Positions 9,895-18,024 of a stretch of DNA of 60,286 nucleotides are shown here, piece after piece. Source of the stretch: a virus. Taxonomy: Duplodnaviria > Caudoviricetes. How positions within the stretch are numbered: position 1 is the stretch's first letter; each line of letters begins with the position of its first letter. The position numbers and the translations under genes were made by a program. The stretch spans positions 1-60,286 of the IMG/VR virus record IMGVR_UViG_3300031539_000028. One strand, written 5' to 3'. The notes below the pieces were generated by a model. That model did no database searches. It saw only the letters and a program-made list of their open reading frames with translations, and was not told the DNA's origin.

Positions 9895-12323
9895 CCAGCC
9901 TCGTGGTGTCGGCTGGCATATCAGCCATCTCGAAGGCGCTCGCTGACCCCGAAGCCGCCTCTCCCTTCGACGACAAGCCCACTCCCAGCGTGCGTCACGG
10001 CTCGTTCATGCCGCTCGTGTTCGGGCGTGGCAGGATAGCTCCGCTGTTCGCGTGGGTCGGAGACAGGCAGGTCGTCATCACGAAGGAGAAGGCTCCCGGT
10101 GGGAAGAGCAGCGTGTTCGGGAGCGGCCCGATATCCGTCTCGAGCTACTTTGAGCGCGCGTGGCACGCGCTCTGCGTCGGACCCGGCAGCGCGGTCGAGG
10201 GCATCTTCTCCAACGGCGAGCTCGTCTACGGGACCAGGATCACGCCGACGTCTCACCCGTCAGGCACGACCATCAGCGTCGCCGACTACGGCAGCTTCAA
10301 GCCCTACTGGGGTGAGATCGACCAGCCGGTCGACCCGCTGATATCGGCGAAGGTCGCAGCGTCGCGCTTCCCGCATGTGATGTCACTGGTGTGGGGCGCA
10401 CCGGGCCCACCGGAGTTTGGCGTATGGGGTGGGGCGAAAGGCAAGTACCTGGGACAGTCCGCCAACTGGCCGGCGATGGAGTACACCGTCGAGGTGCGCG
10501 TGAAGGACTCGCCTCTCCTCGACTCGCCGGCGTGGCTCGACGAGACAGGCGTCGACAAGGGCGACGACGGAGTGAACCCGGCTCATGCGCTCTGGCAGCT
10601 CCTGACTCAGCCGTATCCACACGGGGCCGGGATCGGCGTCGAGCACGTAGACGTGGGGGCCTTGGAGCGGCTCGGCGCGCTCTGCGCCGAGGAGCATGTG
10701 CCCATGAATCTCGTCGCTGGCGGAGGCATCGCCATCAGCGGAGTGATCTCTGCGATTCTCACCGACCTGAGCGTGACGCTCCCTCAGATCGGAGAGGTGC
10801 TGAGCGTGAACCCCATCAGGGAGGACGACCCGGCGATCACGCTCCCGAGCGACATCGTGATCGCGCCGCTCCCTGAGGTCACGATCCAGCATGAAGGGAA
10901 GCGTGCGGACAGGGTCATCTTCATCTTCCGGGATCAGACGAACAACTACAACGAGCAGGACATCGCCGTCGACGACGACGGCTCCGCGGATCAGTACGGC
11001 GTCCCCAAGGTCCGCAAGATACCCATCGCCATCGTGACGCATCCTGAGGTCGCGGCCGCGGTCGTCGACAGGCGTCAGCAGGAGGAGCTCGTCAGCGTGG
11101 CGGTCGTCACCATCAAAGCCTCCCGCGCAGCGAGGGTGCTCGTCTCCGGCCAGCCCTTCGTGGTCGCGGGGGTCGGAAAGCTCCGGCTCATGAGCACCCT
11201 TCTGGACGACCTGTCGAACGAGGTCTCTCTCGAGGCGATGTTCGACAGGTTCTCTCCGTCGCCCACGGCCTATGAGCCGCCGGCGCCCGACATCAACATC
11301 CCTGAGTACGACGCCGAGGAGGACTTCGCGTTCACGTTCTTCGAGTTCCCACTCTCGGTGGTGCCGGAGCTGAGGATCGGCGTGTTCCGCATACGGGCGA
11401 ACAGCGCGATATCGAGTGCTCCGGTGTGGCTCTCTGCCACCGGCGCATCGTATCAGCAGAACCACATGCAGAACGCGGCCTTCGCCGGCGGCGAGCTCAC
11501 GTCCGAGTTCGACGTCGGGATCGACACAATCGTCGAGCAGGGGCCCACGATGGACGCCGCGAACGACGACATCGCGTACGTCCTGAACCTGACGGGCGAC
11601 GACGAGAACTGGCGGCTCGGACTTCAGGTGTGCATCCTTGAGGACGAGGTGTCAGGCGAGCACGAGATCCTGTTCCTTCGGAACGTGACCGCGCTCGGCG
11701 GCGCGTCCTACCGGCTGGACGGTCTCATCCGCTCGAGGTACGACACGCTTCGCAGGACGTTCCCTGTCGGGACGAAGGTCTACGTCTTCCGCTGGAACGA
11801 CGTCGAGCGGATCGAAGACCCGCTCGTCGCGCTCGGCATCGACCTGTGGCTCAAGACTCAGCCTGGCACGAGCCGTCGGATCGTCGACGTGTCGACCGTG
11901 ACTCCCGTGGTCAAGACGATTGTCGGCCGCGGAGCTCGCCCGCTCCCGCCAGACAACTTCAGGGCCAACGACGACGGATCGCATCCCGTCGACGAGTACG
12001 GAGCCGGAGGCGACGTGCTCTTCGAGTGGACATACAGGGTCAGGAGCGGCTCCGGGGCCGCGGCCGGCGAGCAGCGCGCCGGCATCGCGATCACTGGGAC
12101 TCCGTCTCACGACGGCGTGTTCAAGGTCGAGATCATCGACCCGTCCGGGCCCACCGTCGTCAGGACGTTCGAGATCGACTCGGACGTGACGCAGCAGAGC
12201 TACACCAACGCTCAGCTCGTGTCGGACTTCGGCGGCGAGCCTGCCACGTTCGACGCTCGGCTGACGAACGTCGACGGGGCCTACGTGTCAGACGACCGCG
12301 AGATCAGCGTAGTCAAGGTCTAG
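9879..12323 (+). CDS. Central tail tip / host-specificity protein
   Basis: 814 aa; PLVFGRGRI, HALCVGP, VNPAHALWQLLT and YRLDGLIRSRYDT motifs of gpJ/GTA-type tips. Confidence 0.8.
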   Translation: MASVLASLVVSAGISAISKALADPEAASPFDDKPTPSVRHGSFMPLVFGRGRIAPLFAWVGDRQVVITKEKAPGGKSSVFGSGPISVSSYFERAWHALCVGPGSAVEGIFSNGELVYGTRITPTSHPSGTTISVADYGSFKPYWGEIDQPVDPLISAKVAASRFPHVMSLVWGAPGPPEFGVWGGAKGKYLGQSANWPAMEYTVEVRVKDSPLLDSPAWLDETGVDKGDDGVNPAHALWQLLTQPYPHGAGIGVEHVDVGALERLGALCAEEHVPMNLVAGGGIAISGVISAILTDLSVTLPQIGEVLSVNPIREDDPAITLPSDIVIAPLPEVTIQHEGKRADRVIFIFRDQTNNYNEQDIAVDDDGSADQYGVPKVRKIPIAIVTHPEVAAAVVDRRQQEELVSVAVVTIKASRAARVLVSGQPFVVAGVGKLRLMSTLLDDLSNEVSLEAMFDRFSPSPTAYEPPAPDINIPEYDAEEDFAFTFFEFPLSVVPELRIGVFRIRANSAISSAPVWLSATGASYQQNHMQNAAFAGGELTSEFDVGIDTIVEQGPTMDAANDDIAYVLNLTGDDENWRLGLQVCILEDEVSGEHEILFLRNVTALGGASYRLDGLIRSRYDTLRRTFPVGTKVYVFRWNDVERIEDPLVALGIDLWLKTQPGTSRRIVDVSTVTPVVKTIVGRGARPLPPDNFRANDDGSHPVDEYGAGGDVLFEWTYRVRSGSGAAAGEQRAGIAITGTPSHDGVFKVEIIDPSGPTVVRTFEIDSDVTQQSYTNAQLVSDFGGEPATFDARLTNVDGAYVSDDREISVVKV

Positions 12324-12334
12324 GGGAGGGTGAG

Positions 12335-12937
12335 ATGGCGAAGCGAGCATTCAACCGTCTGAGCGTTGACCCGGGGCAGGCCGGGTGGGACGCCACGGTC
12401 AACACAGACTTCGAGCGCATCGAGGACCTGATCGAGACGTATCCGTTCCCAGTCTTCGAGACGACCGGCGCTCTCCCGGCCGCCGGCGACAACGACAGGT
12501 CGCTCGCGTTCAAGGACGAGGGCGCCGGCAACTGGTCGCTCTACTTCTCGAACGGCACGTCGTGGATCAGGCTGGCGTCGGGGGCCGACGACCTCATCCC
12601 TGCGCTCGCCGACATCACGAAGGGTGCGGAGTCGGCGGACAACATCGACTTCACGATCCAGGTGCAGAATCCTCGAGCCGAGAACATCGCACGCAAGATG
12701 CTCGTCGACGTGTGGATCGGCACCGGCAGCTTCGGAGCTCCGGCCGGCACTCAGACCGTGACGGTCACGACCGGCGTCCAGATCGACGCCCCGCTCGTCA
12801 ATCAGCGCCTCAAGGTGCTGACGGACGCGACCGGCAAGGCCGTCGTCAGGGTGAACGTCACGGGGGCCGGGACTCGGTGGGTCATGGCGGCCATCGCCGC
12901 GAGCTCGAAAAGCCTTGACGGGACGTGGGCCGCCTGA
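12335..12937 (+). CDS. Small tail fibre / distal tail protein
   Basis: RBS ggggaggg; N-terminal GQAGWDATVNTDFERIE and LYFSNGTSW motifs; last gene of the tail operon. Confidence 0.6.
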   Translation: MAKRAFNRLSVDPGQAGWDATVNTDFERIEDLIETYPFPVFETTGALPAAGDNDRSLAFKDEGAGNWSLYFSNGTSWIRLASGADDLIPALADITKGAESADNIDFTIQVQNPRAENIARKMLVDVWIGTGSFGAPAGTQTVTVTTGVQIDAPLVNQRLKVLTDATGKAVVRVNVTGAGTRWVMAAIAASSKSLDGTWAA

Positions 12938-12965
12938 TACTCTTCGGCTCTCTTCTCCCGTCTCA

Positions 12966-13007
12966 GCGGCCGGCCGGGGAGCGCGGCTCCGGCCGGCCGT
13001 CTTCATC
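12966..13007 (+). terminator. GC-rich hairpin ending the tail operon
   Basis: cggccggccgg...ccggccggccg stem followed by tcttcatct. Confidence 0.55.
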
Positions 13008-13113
13008 TCGGAAGCGATGCTGTATCTTTCTCAAGCGAAAATCGATCCCGGATTTTTCGCAAAGCCGCTACGGTTTCGCTAATGAACGAGTTTGCGCGGG
13101 AGGGTGGTGCTCA

Positions 13114-13599
13114 TTTTTTTTCAGGATTTCTGGCTGGCACGGAGCTTGAGTGCGCTCAAACGCTGTGCCGACGTAGCTGGCACGAGACGTGCTGCAGGAT
13201 GCCGAGCGTCACGACCCGCCAGACAGGTATAGCGATCCCTTCAAGGAATAGATTATCCTCCGCTGGCATTCACCGTGAACGCTGGAACGCCACGGATCGC
13301 AGCATCCGGCCCGAATACGTCATCGCAGAAAACTGCCCTCAGGATCGCCTCAGAGCGATGTGCGGCGAATAGCAGGGTGACAGCGCCTGGCCTGCCGGAT
13401 TCACGCCTCCGGGGGGCTCCGTGCGCGTTACCATGCGGTAGCAAAACGGCCTTGTACCCCATGACCGCATAATGCTCTCGTAGCGTAAACCGCGGCGGGA
13501 TACGCTTTTATTCCTGGTCGGAGTTATCCGATCACGGTACATCGCTCAGGATGGGCGATCCTGCCACGCGGATGCCCGAGAAAAAACCTGAAAAGAAAA
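13114..13599. other. Large structured non-coding element A (candidate ncRNA or ssDNA-folding site)
   Basis: Nested pairings 13118-25/13587-94, 13194-200/13558-64, 13244-52/13507-15, 13291-96/13418-23, 13304-10/13394-400, 13321-26/13355-60; its reverse complement is similar to 59476-59670. Confidence 0.65.
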
Positions 13600-13650
13600 T
13601 CGCTTTTTCTAGCGTTTCCGCTAGACATCGCGTGCGCCATAGTCTATATA
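13580..13650 (+). promoter_or_regulatory. sigma70-like early promoter with upstream A-tracts
   Basis: tttccgc-TAGACA (13622-27), 17-nt spacer, TATATA (13645-50); same layout as 17941 and 29351. Confidence 0.55.
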
Positions 13651-13677
13651 CAGGTAGACGGAGAGAGGGGCGCGGGG

Positions 13678-13974
13678 ATGACTCTGGATCAGATAGCGGC
13701 GGACGAGAGGCGCGGAGTGGTGGCGGCGCTCGCTGCCTTCGACCGCACGTTCGCGGACGCCGGGCCTGGCGCCGACGAGTGGGCGACGACTCGCAGCGCG
13801 GTCGTCGCCGCACGCGCCGCTCAGCGCGTTCACGGGTGGAAGAGCGAGGCGGACGTCAGCTCGGAGCGCGCGCGCCTCAACGCCGTTTACGGGCGACAGT
13901 CGGTCGCGGAGATCGCCGAGAGCCTGATGAGCGAGAGCCGGGCCGCCTCAGGGGCGGCCCACGGAGGACGCTGA
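13678..13974 (+). CDS. Hypothetical protein
   Basis: RBS gagagaggg; first ORF after the promoter. Confidence 0.6.
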   Translation: MTLDQIAADERRGVVAALAAFDRTFADAGPGADEWATTRSAVVAARAAQRVHGWKSEADVSSERARLNAVYGRQSVAEIAESLMSESRAASGAAHGGR

Positions 13975-14043
13975 AGATGCTGAGGGTCATCGGACTGCTG
14001 TTCGACTGGATTCACGGCGATGCAGCGCGCGCGGAGGGGCTGA

Positions 14044-14077
14044 AAGCGGGGCCGGCGCAGGGCCGGCCCGAGGAGGA
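14044..14077 (+). repeat. 34-bp hairpin+RBS direct repeat, copy 1
   Basis: aagcggggccggcgcagggccggcccgaggagga; one mismatch to 15097-15130. Confidence 0.85.
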
Positions 14078-14084
14078 CGAGGCA

Positions 14085-14468
14085 ATGCCGAGGTACGAAC
14101 AGCGGACGTTCACGGTTCGGGACGGGATTTTCGGGGAGCTGCGCGAGCTCAAGGTGAGGGACAGGATAGACTCCCGAGTCGCGCGCGTCGTCGATCTACC
14201 CGATTGGGATCTCGTCGTCATCTTCAATCACGGGTCGAGGACGCCGACGAACGTCTCCTGCAGCATTCAACACGAGATCAGGCGCGCGGTGTGGGCGCGT
14301 CAGGACGGGTACGGTCAGGCAGGGTACACCCCGGCGCAGGGGTGGGACTGGTCGGGAATCCGCGACTCGTCGCAGGAGGCGCGCGCCGAGATGGGGCGGG
14401 CGATCCGCGCGACGCTCACGGTCAATAACATCGCTGTGCTGGAGTGGGACGAGCGGTCGCAGGCGTGA
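14085..14468 (+). CDS. Hypothetical protein
   Basis: GAGGAGGA RBS before ATG 14085. Confidence 0.6.
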   Translation: MPRYEQRTFTVRDGIFGELRELKVRDRIDSRVARVVDLPDWDLVVIFNHGSRTPTNVSCSIQHEIRRAVWARQDGYGQAGYTPAQGWDWSGIRDSSQEARAEMGRAIRATLTVNNIAVLEWDERSQA

Positions 14469-14512
14469 GAGAGCGGGGCCGCGGTGGGCGCGGCCGCAGG
14501 CGTGAGTGCGGA

Positions 14513-14534
14513 GCCCTTCGGGGCGGAAAGGTGG
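14513..14534 (+). promoter_or_regulatory. Tetraloop-hairpin + CGGAAAGG leader motif, copy 1
   Basis: gccc-ttcg-gggc-ggaaaggtgg, 8 nt before ATG 14543. Confidence 0.8.
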
Positions 14535-14542
14535 GTGCCGCA

Positions 14543-14749
14543 ATGGTGGAAGTGCGCTTCGAGGTCGGCAATTCGTACTTCGAGGGCGACGAAGAGGGGA
14601 CTGTGCGCATGGATGTCATCGCGCAAACGCTGCGCACCGTTGCTGCCGCTATCGGCGGCAGGGGCAACCTCCGCCCCAACGCCACGGTCTCGGGCGACAT
14701 TCGTGACGGCAACGGGAACGAGATCGGCACGTGGGTAGTCAGGCTCTGA
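14543..14749 (+). CDS. Small hypothetical protein
   Basis: 68 aa ending in IRDGNGNEIGTW, a motif common in small phage proteins. Confidence 0.65.
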   Translation: MVEVRFEVGNSYFEGDEEGTVRMDVIAQTLRTVAAAIGGRGNLRPNATVSGDIRDGNGNEIGTWVVRL

Positions 14750-14823
14750 CCGCTTCCTGCGCCGCTCCCTGCAATGCGGGGGGCGGTCAGGACGCCGTTG
14801 GGGTGCCTGAAGGGAGGACGGAC

Positions 14824-15048
14824 ATGGAAAGCATCGAGAGGCCCGGCGTGGACATCTGGAAGACCGATGGTCGCAGCAAGACCGGGCGCGAAGCGATTCT
14901 CGAATTCGTCAAGACCTATTGGGCAGACACCCGAAGCGTCAAGACGGTGCATGGCGACGGGACTTTTACACTACGCGGAGGAATCGCCACGTATCTTCTG
15001 GTGAACACGGACCCGCGCTGGTGGATCGTTCGCCGACTGGACGCCTAA
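14824..15048 (+). CDS. Hypothetical protein
   Basis: GGGAGG RBS; 74 aa. Confidence 0.55.
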   Translation: MESIERPGVDIWKTDGRSKTGREAILEFVKTYWADTRSVKTVHGDGTFTLRGGIATYLLVNTDPRWWIVRRLDA

Positions 15049-15096
15049 CCGACGCGCCTCAAGGAGTGGCTCTCGGGAGAGGCATTCAAGGACTAG

Positions 15097-15130
15097 AAGC
15101 GGGGCCGGCGCGGGGCCGGCCCGAGGAGGA
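15097..15130 (+). repeat. 34-bp hairpin+RBS direct repeat, copy 2
   Basis: aagcggggccggcgcggggccggcccgaggagga. Confidence 0.85.
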
Positions 15131-15137
15131 TCGCGGG

Positions 15138-15422
15138 ATGAACATCGTACACGTCATGCGGGGTCTCGAGCGGTCGCGCAGGCTCGCCGAGTCGATGGTC
15201 GAGCTCATTCGGCACGCCGAGGTCGAGATCGGATGCGACGAGGAGCACGCCGACTGGCCCGAGGCCGACGCCTCGATCTCGCTCGCGCGCGGCGAGCTCC
15301 TCAAGCTCGCGGCCGTCACCGTCGGACAGCCTGATCCGACCAGCCTCACGCTCCACGACGTCCACCACGAGGTCATGCGGCGCGCCGTCGACGCGGCCGA
15401 CCCGGACGGCGAGCGGGGATGA
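15138..15422 (+). CDS. Hypothetical protein
   Basis: GAGGAGGA RBS; 94 aa. Confidence 0.6.
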   Translation: MNIVHVMRGLERSRRLAESMVELIRHAEVEIGCDEEHADWPEADASISLARGELLKLAAVTVGQPDPTSLTLHDVHHEVMRRAVDAADPDGERG

Positions 15423-15523
15423 GGGTGTCCAAGCGCGCGTCCGAGGAGGCCCGCACGGCCTTCAGGGAGTATGCTCAGGCGAGGAACGAACTCGAGGCCG
15501 CACGAAGGGAGAGGGGACGATGA
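15419..15523 (+). CDS. 34-aa small ORF
   Basis: MRVSKRASEEARTAFREYAQARNELEAARRERGR; ATGA overlaps at both ends. Confidence 0.5.
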   Translation: MRVSKRASEEARTAFREYAQARNELEAARRERGR

Positions 15524-15866
15524 GAGAGAAGCTGGTCGAGATCACGCCGGAAGTCGAGGCCGTCCTGATCGCCGCGAGGTGCGAAGGCGAACGCCTCACG
15601 CTTCAGGGCCAGCTCGACCGCGCGCTGTACGTCCAGGTCGACAAGGTCTTGCGGGCGTCTCGTGGCACGCGTTCACCGGATTCTCGTGGGGCTATTGCGG
15701 CGAGGGGCCACGCGGCCTGCGCATGTTCCTGTCGTCGGTGGGAGTCAAGATCACGTTCCAGCGGATCGCCACTATGTGGCGGAGCAAGCCCGGCACGGTC
15801 GCCGAGATCAACCGGCGCGGCAAAGGCTGGCACATGGCTGTCGAGGGGGAGGGGAGCGCGGCATGA
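15520..15866 (+). pseudogene. Chimeric remnant: methyltransferase-like N-terminus joined out of frame to a GFSWGY-motif protein fragment
   Basis: VEAVLIAARCEGERLTLQGQLDRALYVQVDKVL resembles the N-terminus of a common phage methyltransferase family and loses coherence near 15650; another frame then reads FTGFSWGYCGEGPRGL... to the stop at 15866. Confidence 0.45.
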
Positions 15867-15961
15867 GCAGTCTGAATAAGCGTCAGCGTGAGGCGCTCAG
15901 TTGGGTGGGACGAATACGCGCTGCGCGTCGCCTGCGGAGCGACGGAGGATGGGGTGACGAC

Positions 15962-17902
15962 ATGAAGAACGAGGTGATCCCCGTCGAGGCTGCCGATACC
16001 GTCCGGGTGCCCAACTTCGAGCACCTGGCGCTCGGGGCGTGGGTGTGGGTGACCGACGAGGACGACGAAGATGGCGGAGAAGCCGAACGCTGGTTCGGCT
16101 GCATCACGCACGTCGGATCGAACTACATCAGGGTGGAGTCGCCGGGAGGGTCTCGCGTTAGGATTCACTCCGACGACATCGCTGACTCCGTGAAGCTCGA
16201 GAAAGATCCTGACTCGATCATCGTCGGTGAATGCCAGAAGGCTCAGCTCATCGTCCGCACGCTGTTGCGGAAGGTCAGGAGCATCCTATCCAACCTCGGA
16301 ATCGAGGACAAGCGGATGCTTCAGCAGCAGGCTCCCGAGGAGACGACTGCGCTGGCCGTAGTGTCATCAGCGAAAGACCCGCGAGACCATGAGCGCGCTC
16401 TCGTCAAGGCGCAGGACAAGACGCTCCCCGAGCTGTTCAAGCAGGTGAAAGAGGCCAACAGGACGCTTGCTATGTGGGCCGGAGCGCGTGTGCTTGAGAT
16501 GACTGCGGCCGTCGAAGCGATCGAGGAGAAGGTCGGAGAGATCGCTGGACGCATCAGGACGGTGCGACTGTACGCCGGACTTGCGGAGGACATCAAGCTC
16601 GTCCTGAAGGGCGAGCCGGCCGCGGCCGACGAGAGGCTCCGCATCATGCAGCGAAGATGCTACATGGACGAGGAGAGCCTGCTCGACTACACGCACGGCG
16701 GGATGGAGTTCAAGAACATCGACGGCTTCGACAGGTGGCTGTCCAAGAAGCACAACCTCAACCGAATCCTCCCGTTCCCCAGGTGCATGGTCGCGTTCCG
16801 AGTTCGCAGGCACGTAAAGGAGCGCGATTGGGACGGCAGCTTCGCCGGAGTCTTCTGGATCATGCACCAGGAACAGGCGGACAAATTCACCTACATGTAC
16901 ATCAGGAACGGCGACAGGCTCCACCGGCTCACGACCGATCTAGAGTTCGGTCCTCGACTCTTTCCCAGCAAGACGGAGCTCGTGATCGGCGAGAAGATGT
17001 GGGGCTCAGGCTTCACCGGGATCGATGAGCTGATCACGGACCGCGAGTATCAGGAGATCGTGAGGGAGCGCAGGGAGGCGCAGAGAAAGGCGAAGGCGTG
17101 GGATCGAGCTCACCCGAAGAAAGATCACTGGCGCAATCCTCACAATGGACACCGCCGCGACGACGACCATCACCCGTACGACCCAAGCAGCGTCTACTTC
17201 GACGACATGGACAAGATCATGAAGGACCGGATCGTTGACTACAACCTCATAGCATACATCGTCCAGGGCCTGTTCGACAGGTCTGAGGTCCTGCACCCGC
17301 ATCCTCAGGCTCGACTCTGGACTCAGGATGGATTCGACGCGGCCGTCGAGCTGGTCCACGACGACGACAACGTGCTGGCTCCTTCGGCCGCGCCTCCGTC
17401 TTGGGAGGAGTACCGAGCCGCCTGCAACGTATCGCTGTGGATCGGCTCGGTCACCATCGGTCAGGAGCGAGCATGGCTTCAGCGCGAGGCCCGGAAGTAC
17501 AACGCTCTGGCTAGCAGGGATCGGAGGCACACCTCGGAGCGCGAGCTGGAAGAGTACAGTCCATACGGTGACCCGGGCCCAGGTCGAATCGGGACTGTCT
17601 CCGAATGGATGCCGAAGGCGAGGAATGCCGTCTTCCGCTGGCGTCGGGAGCGTAGCTGGCACTCGAAGCAGCGCGTGTGGGACGCGAGCGACTACATCGA
17701 TGAGAGCATCCGAGTGGGGGCGGATCAGCTCTTCAACGTAAGCGCGTACAGGCCGGGTGACTACCTTCAGTTCTTCCAGGACCCGCGCACGAGGTCTCAG
17801 TATCTTCGGTGGGCGAACTACCTGCTGTCGGCAGAGGAATACCACTCAGGCAACCCGAAGTTTCAGCCAGAGGCGACGCTGGGTTCCGGTGAGGGCAAAT
17901 GA
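15962..17902 (+). CDS. Large hypothetical phage protein (coiled-coil N-half)
   Basis: 646 aa with genome-like codon usage; RBS before 15962; in-frame upstream ATG at 15864. Confidence 0.8.
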   Translation: MKNEVIPVEAADTVRVPNFEHLALGAWVWVTDEDDEDGGEAERWFGCITHVGSNYIRVESPGGSRVRIHSDDIADSVKLEKDPDSIIVGECQKAQLIVRTLLRKVRSILSNLGIEDKRMLQQQAPEETTALAVVSSAKDPRDHERALVKAQDKTLPELFKQVKEANRTLAMWAGARVLEMTAAVEAIEEKVGEIAGRIRTVRLYAGLAEDIKLVLKGEPAAADERLRIMQRRCYMDEESLLDYTHGGMEFKNIDGFDRWLSKKHNLNRILPFPRCMVAFRVRRHVKERDWDGSFAGVFWIMHQEQADKFTYMYIRNGDRLHRLTTDLEFGPRLFPSKTELVIGEKMWGSGFTGIDELITDREYQEIVRERREAQRKAKAWDRAHPKKDHWRNPHNGHRRDDDHHPYDPSSVYFDDMDKIMKDRIVDYNLIAYIVQGLFDRSEVLHPHPQARLWTQDGFDAAVELVHDDDNVLAPSAAPPSWEEYRAACNVSLWIGSVTIGQERAWLQREARKYNALASRDRRHTSERELEEYSPYGDPGPGRIGTVSEWMPKARNAVFRWRRERSWHSKQRVWDASDYIDESIRVGADQLFNVSAYRPGDYLQFFQDPRTRSQYLRWANYLLSAEEYHSGNPKFQPEATLGSGEGK

Positions 17903-17910
17903 GCGACGCA

Positions 17911-17968
17911 GAAAAAAGCAGAATACTCCCGCTTTTTCGCTGGACATCGCATTCGCGGGAGTTAGTAT
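17911..17968 (+). promoter_or_regulatory. sigma70-like promoter
   Basis: A-tract, ttttcgc-TGGACA (17941-46), 16-nt spacer, TAGTAT (17963-68). Confidence 0.55.
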
Positions 17969-18024
17969 CTAAGGAAAGACGGGCGCCCGGGAGGGCCGGG
18001 CTCCCGCACGGAGGACGCAAGAAG

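Noticed and set aside
13082-13372. Small protein family shared with ORF 59479..59703(-) (DR..P.Y...EN...DR.RAM)
   Set aside because: Identity includes third positions and a rare AGA codon, the similarity continues past the 13372 stop, and neither ORF has an RBS; nucleotide-level conservation explains it better
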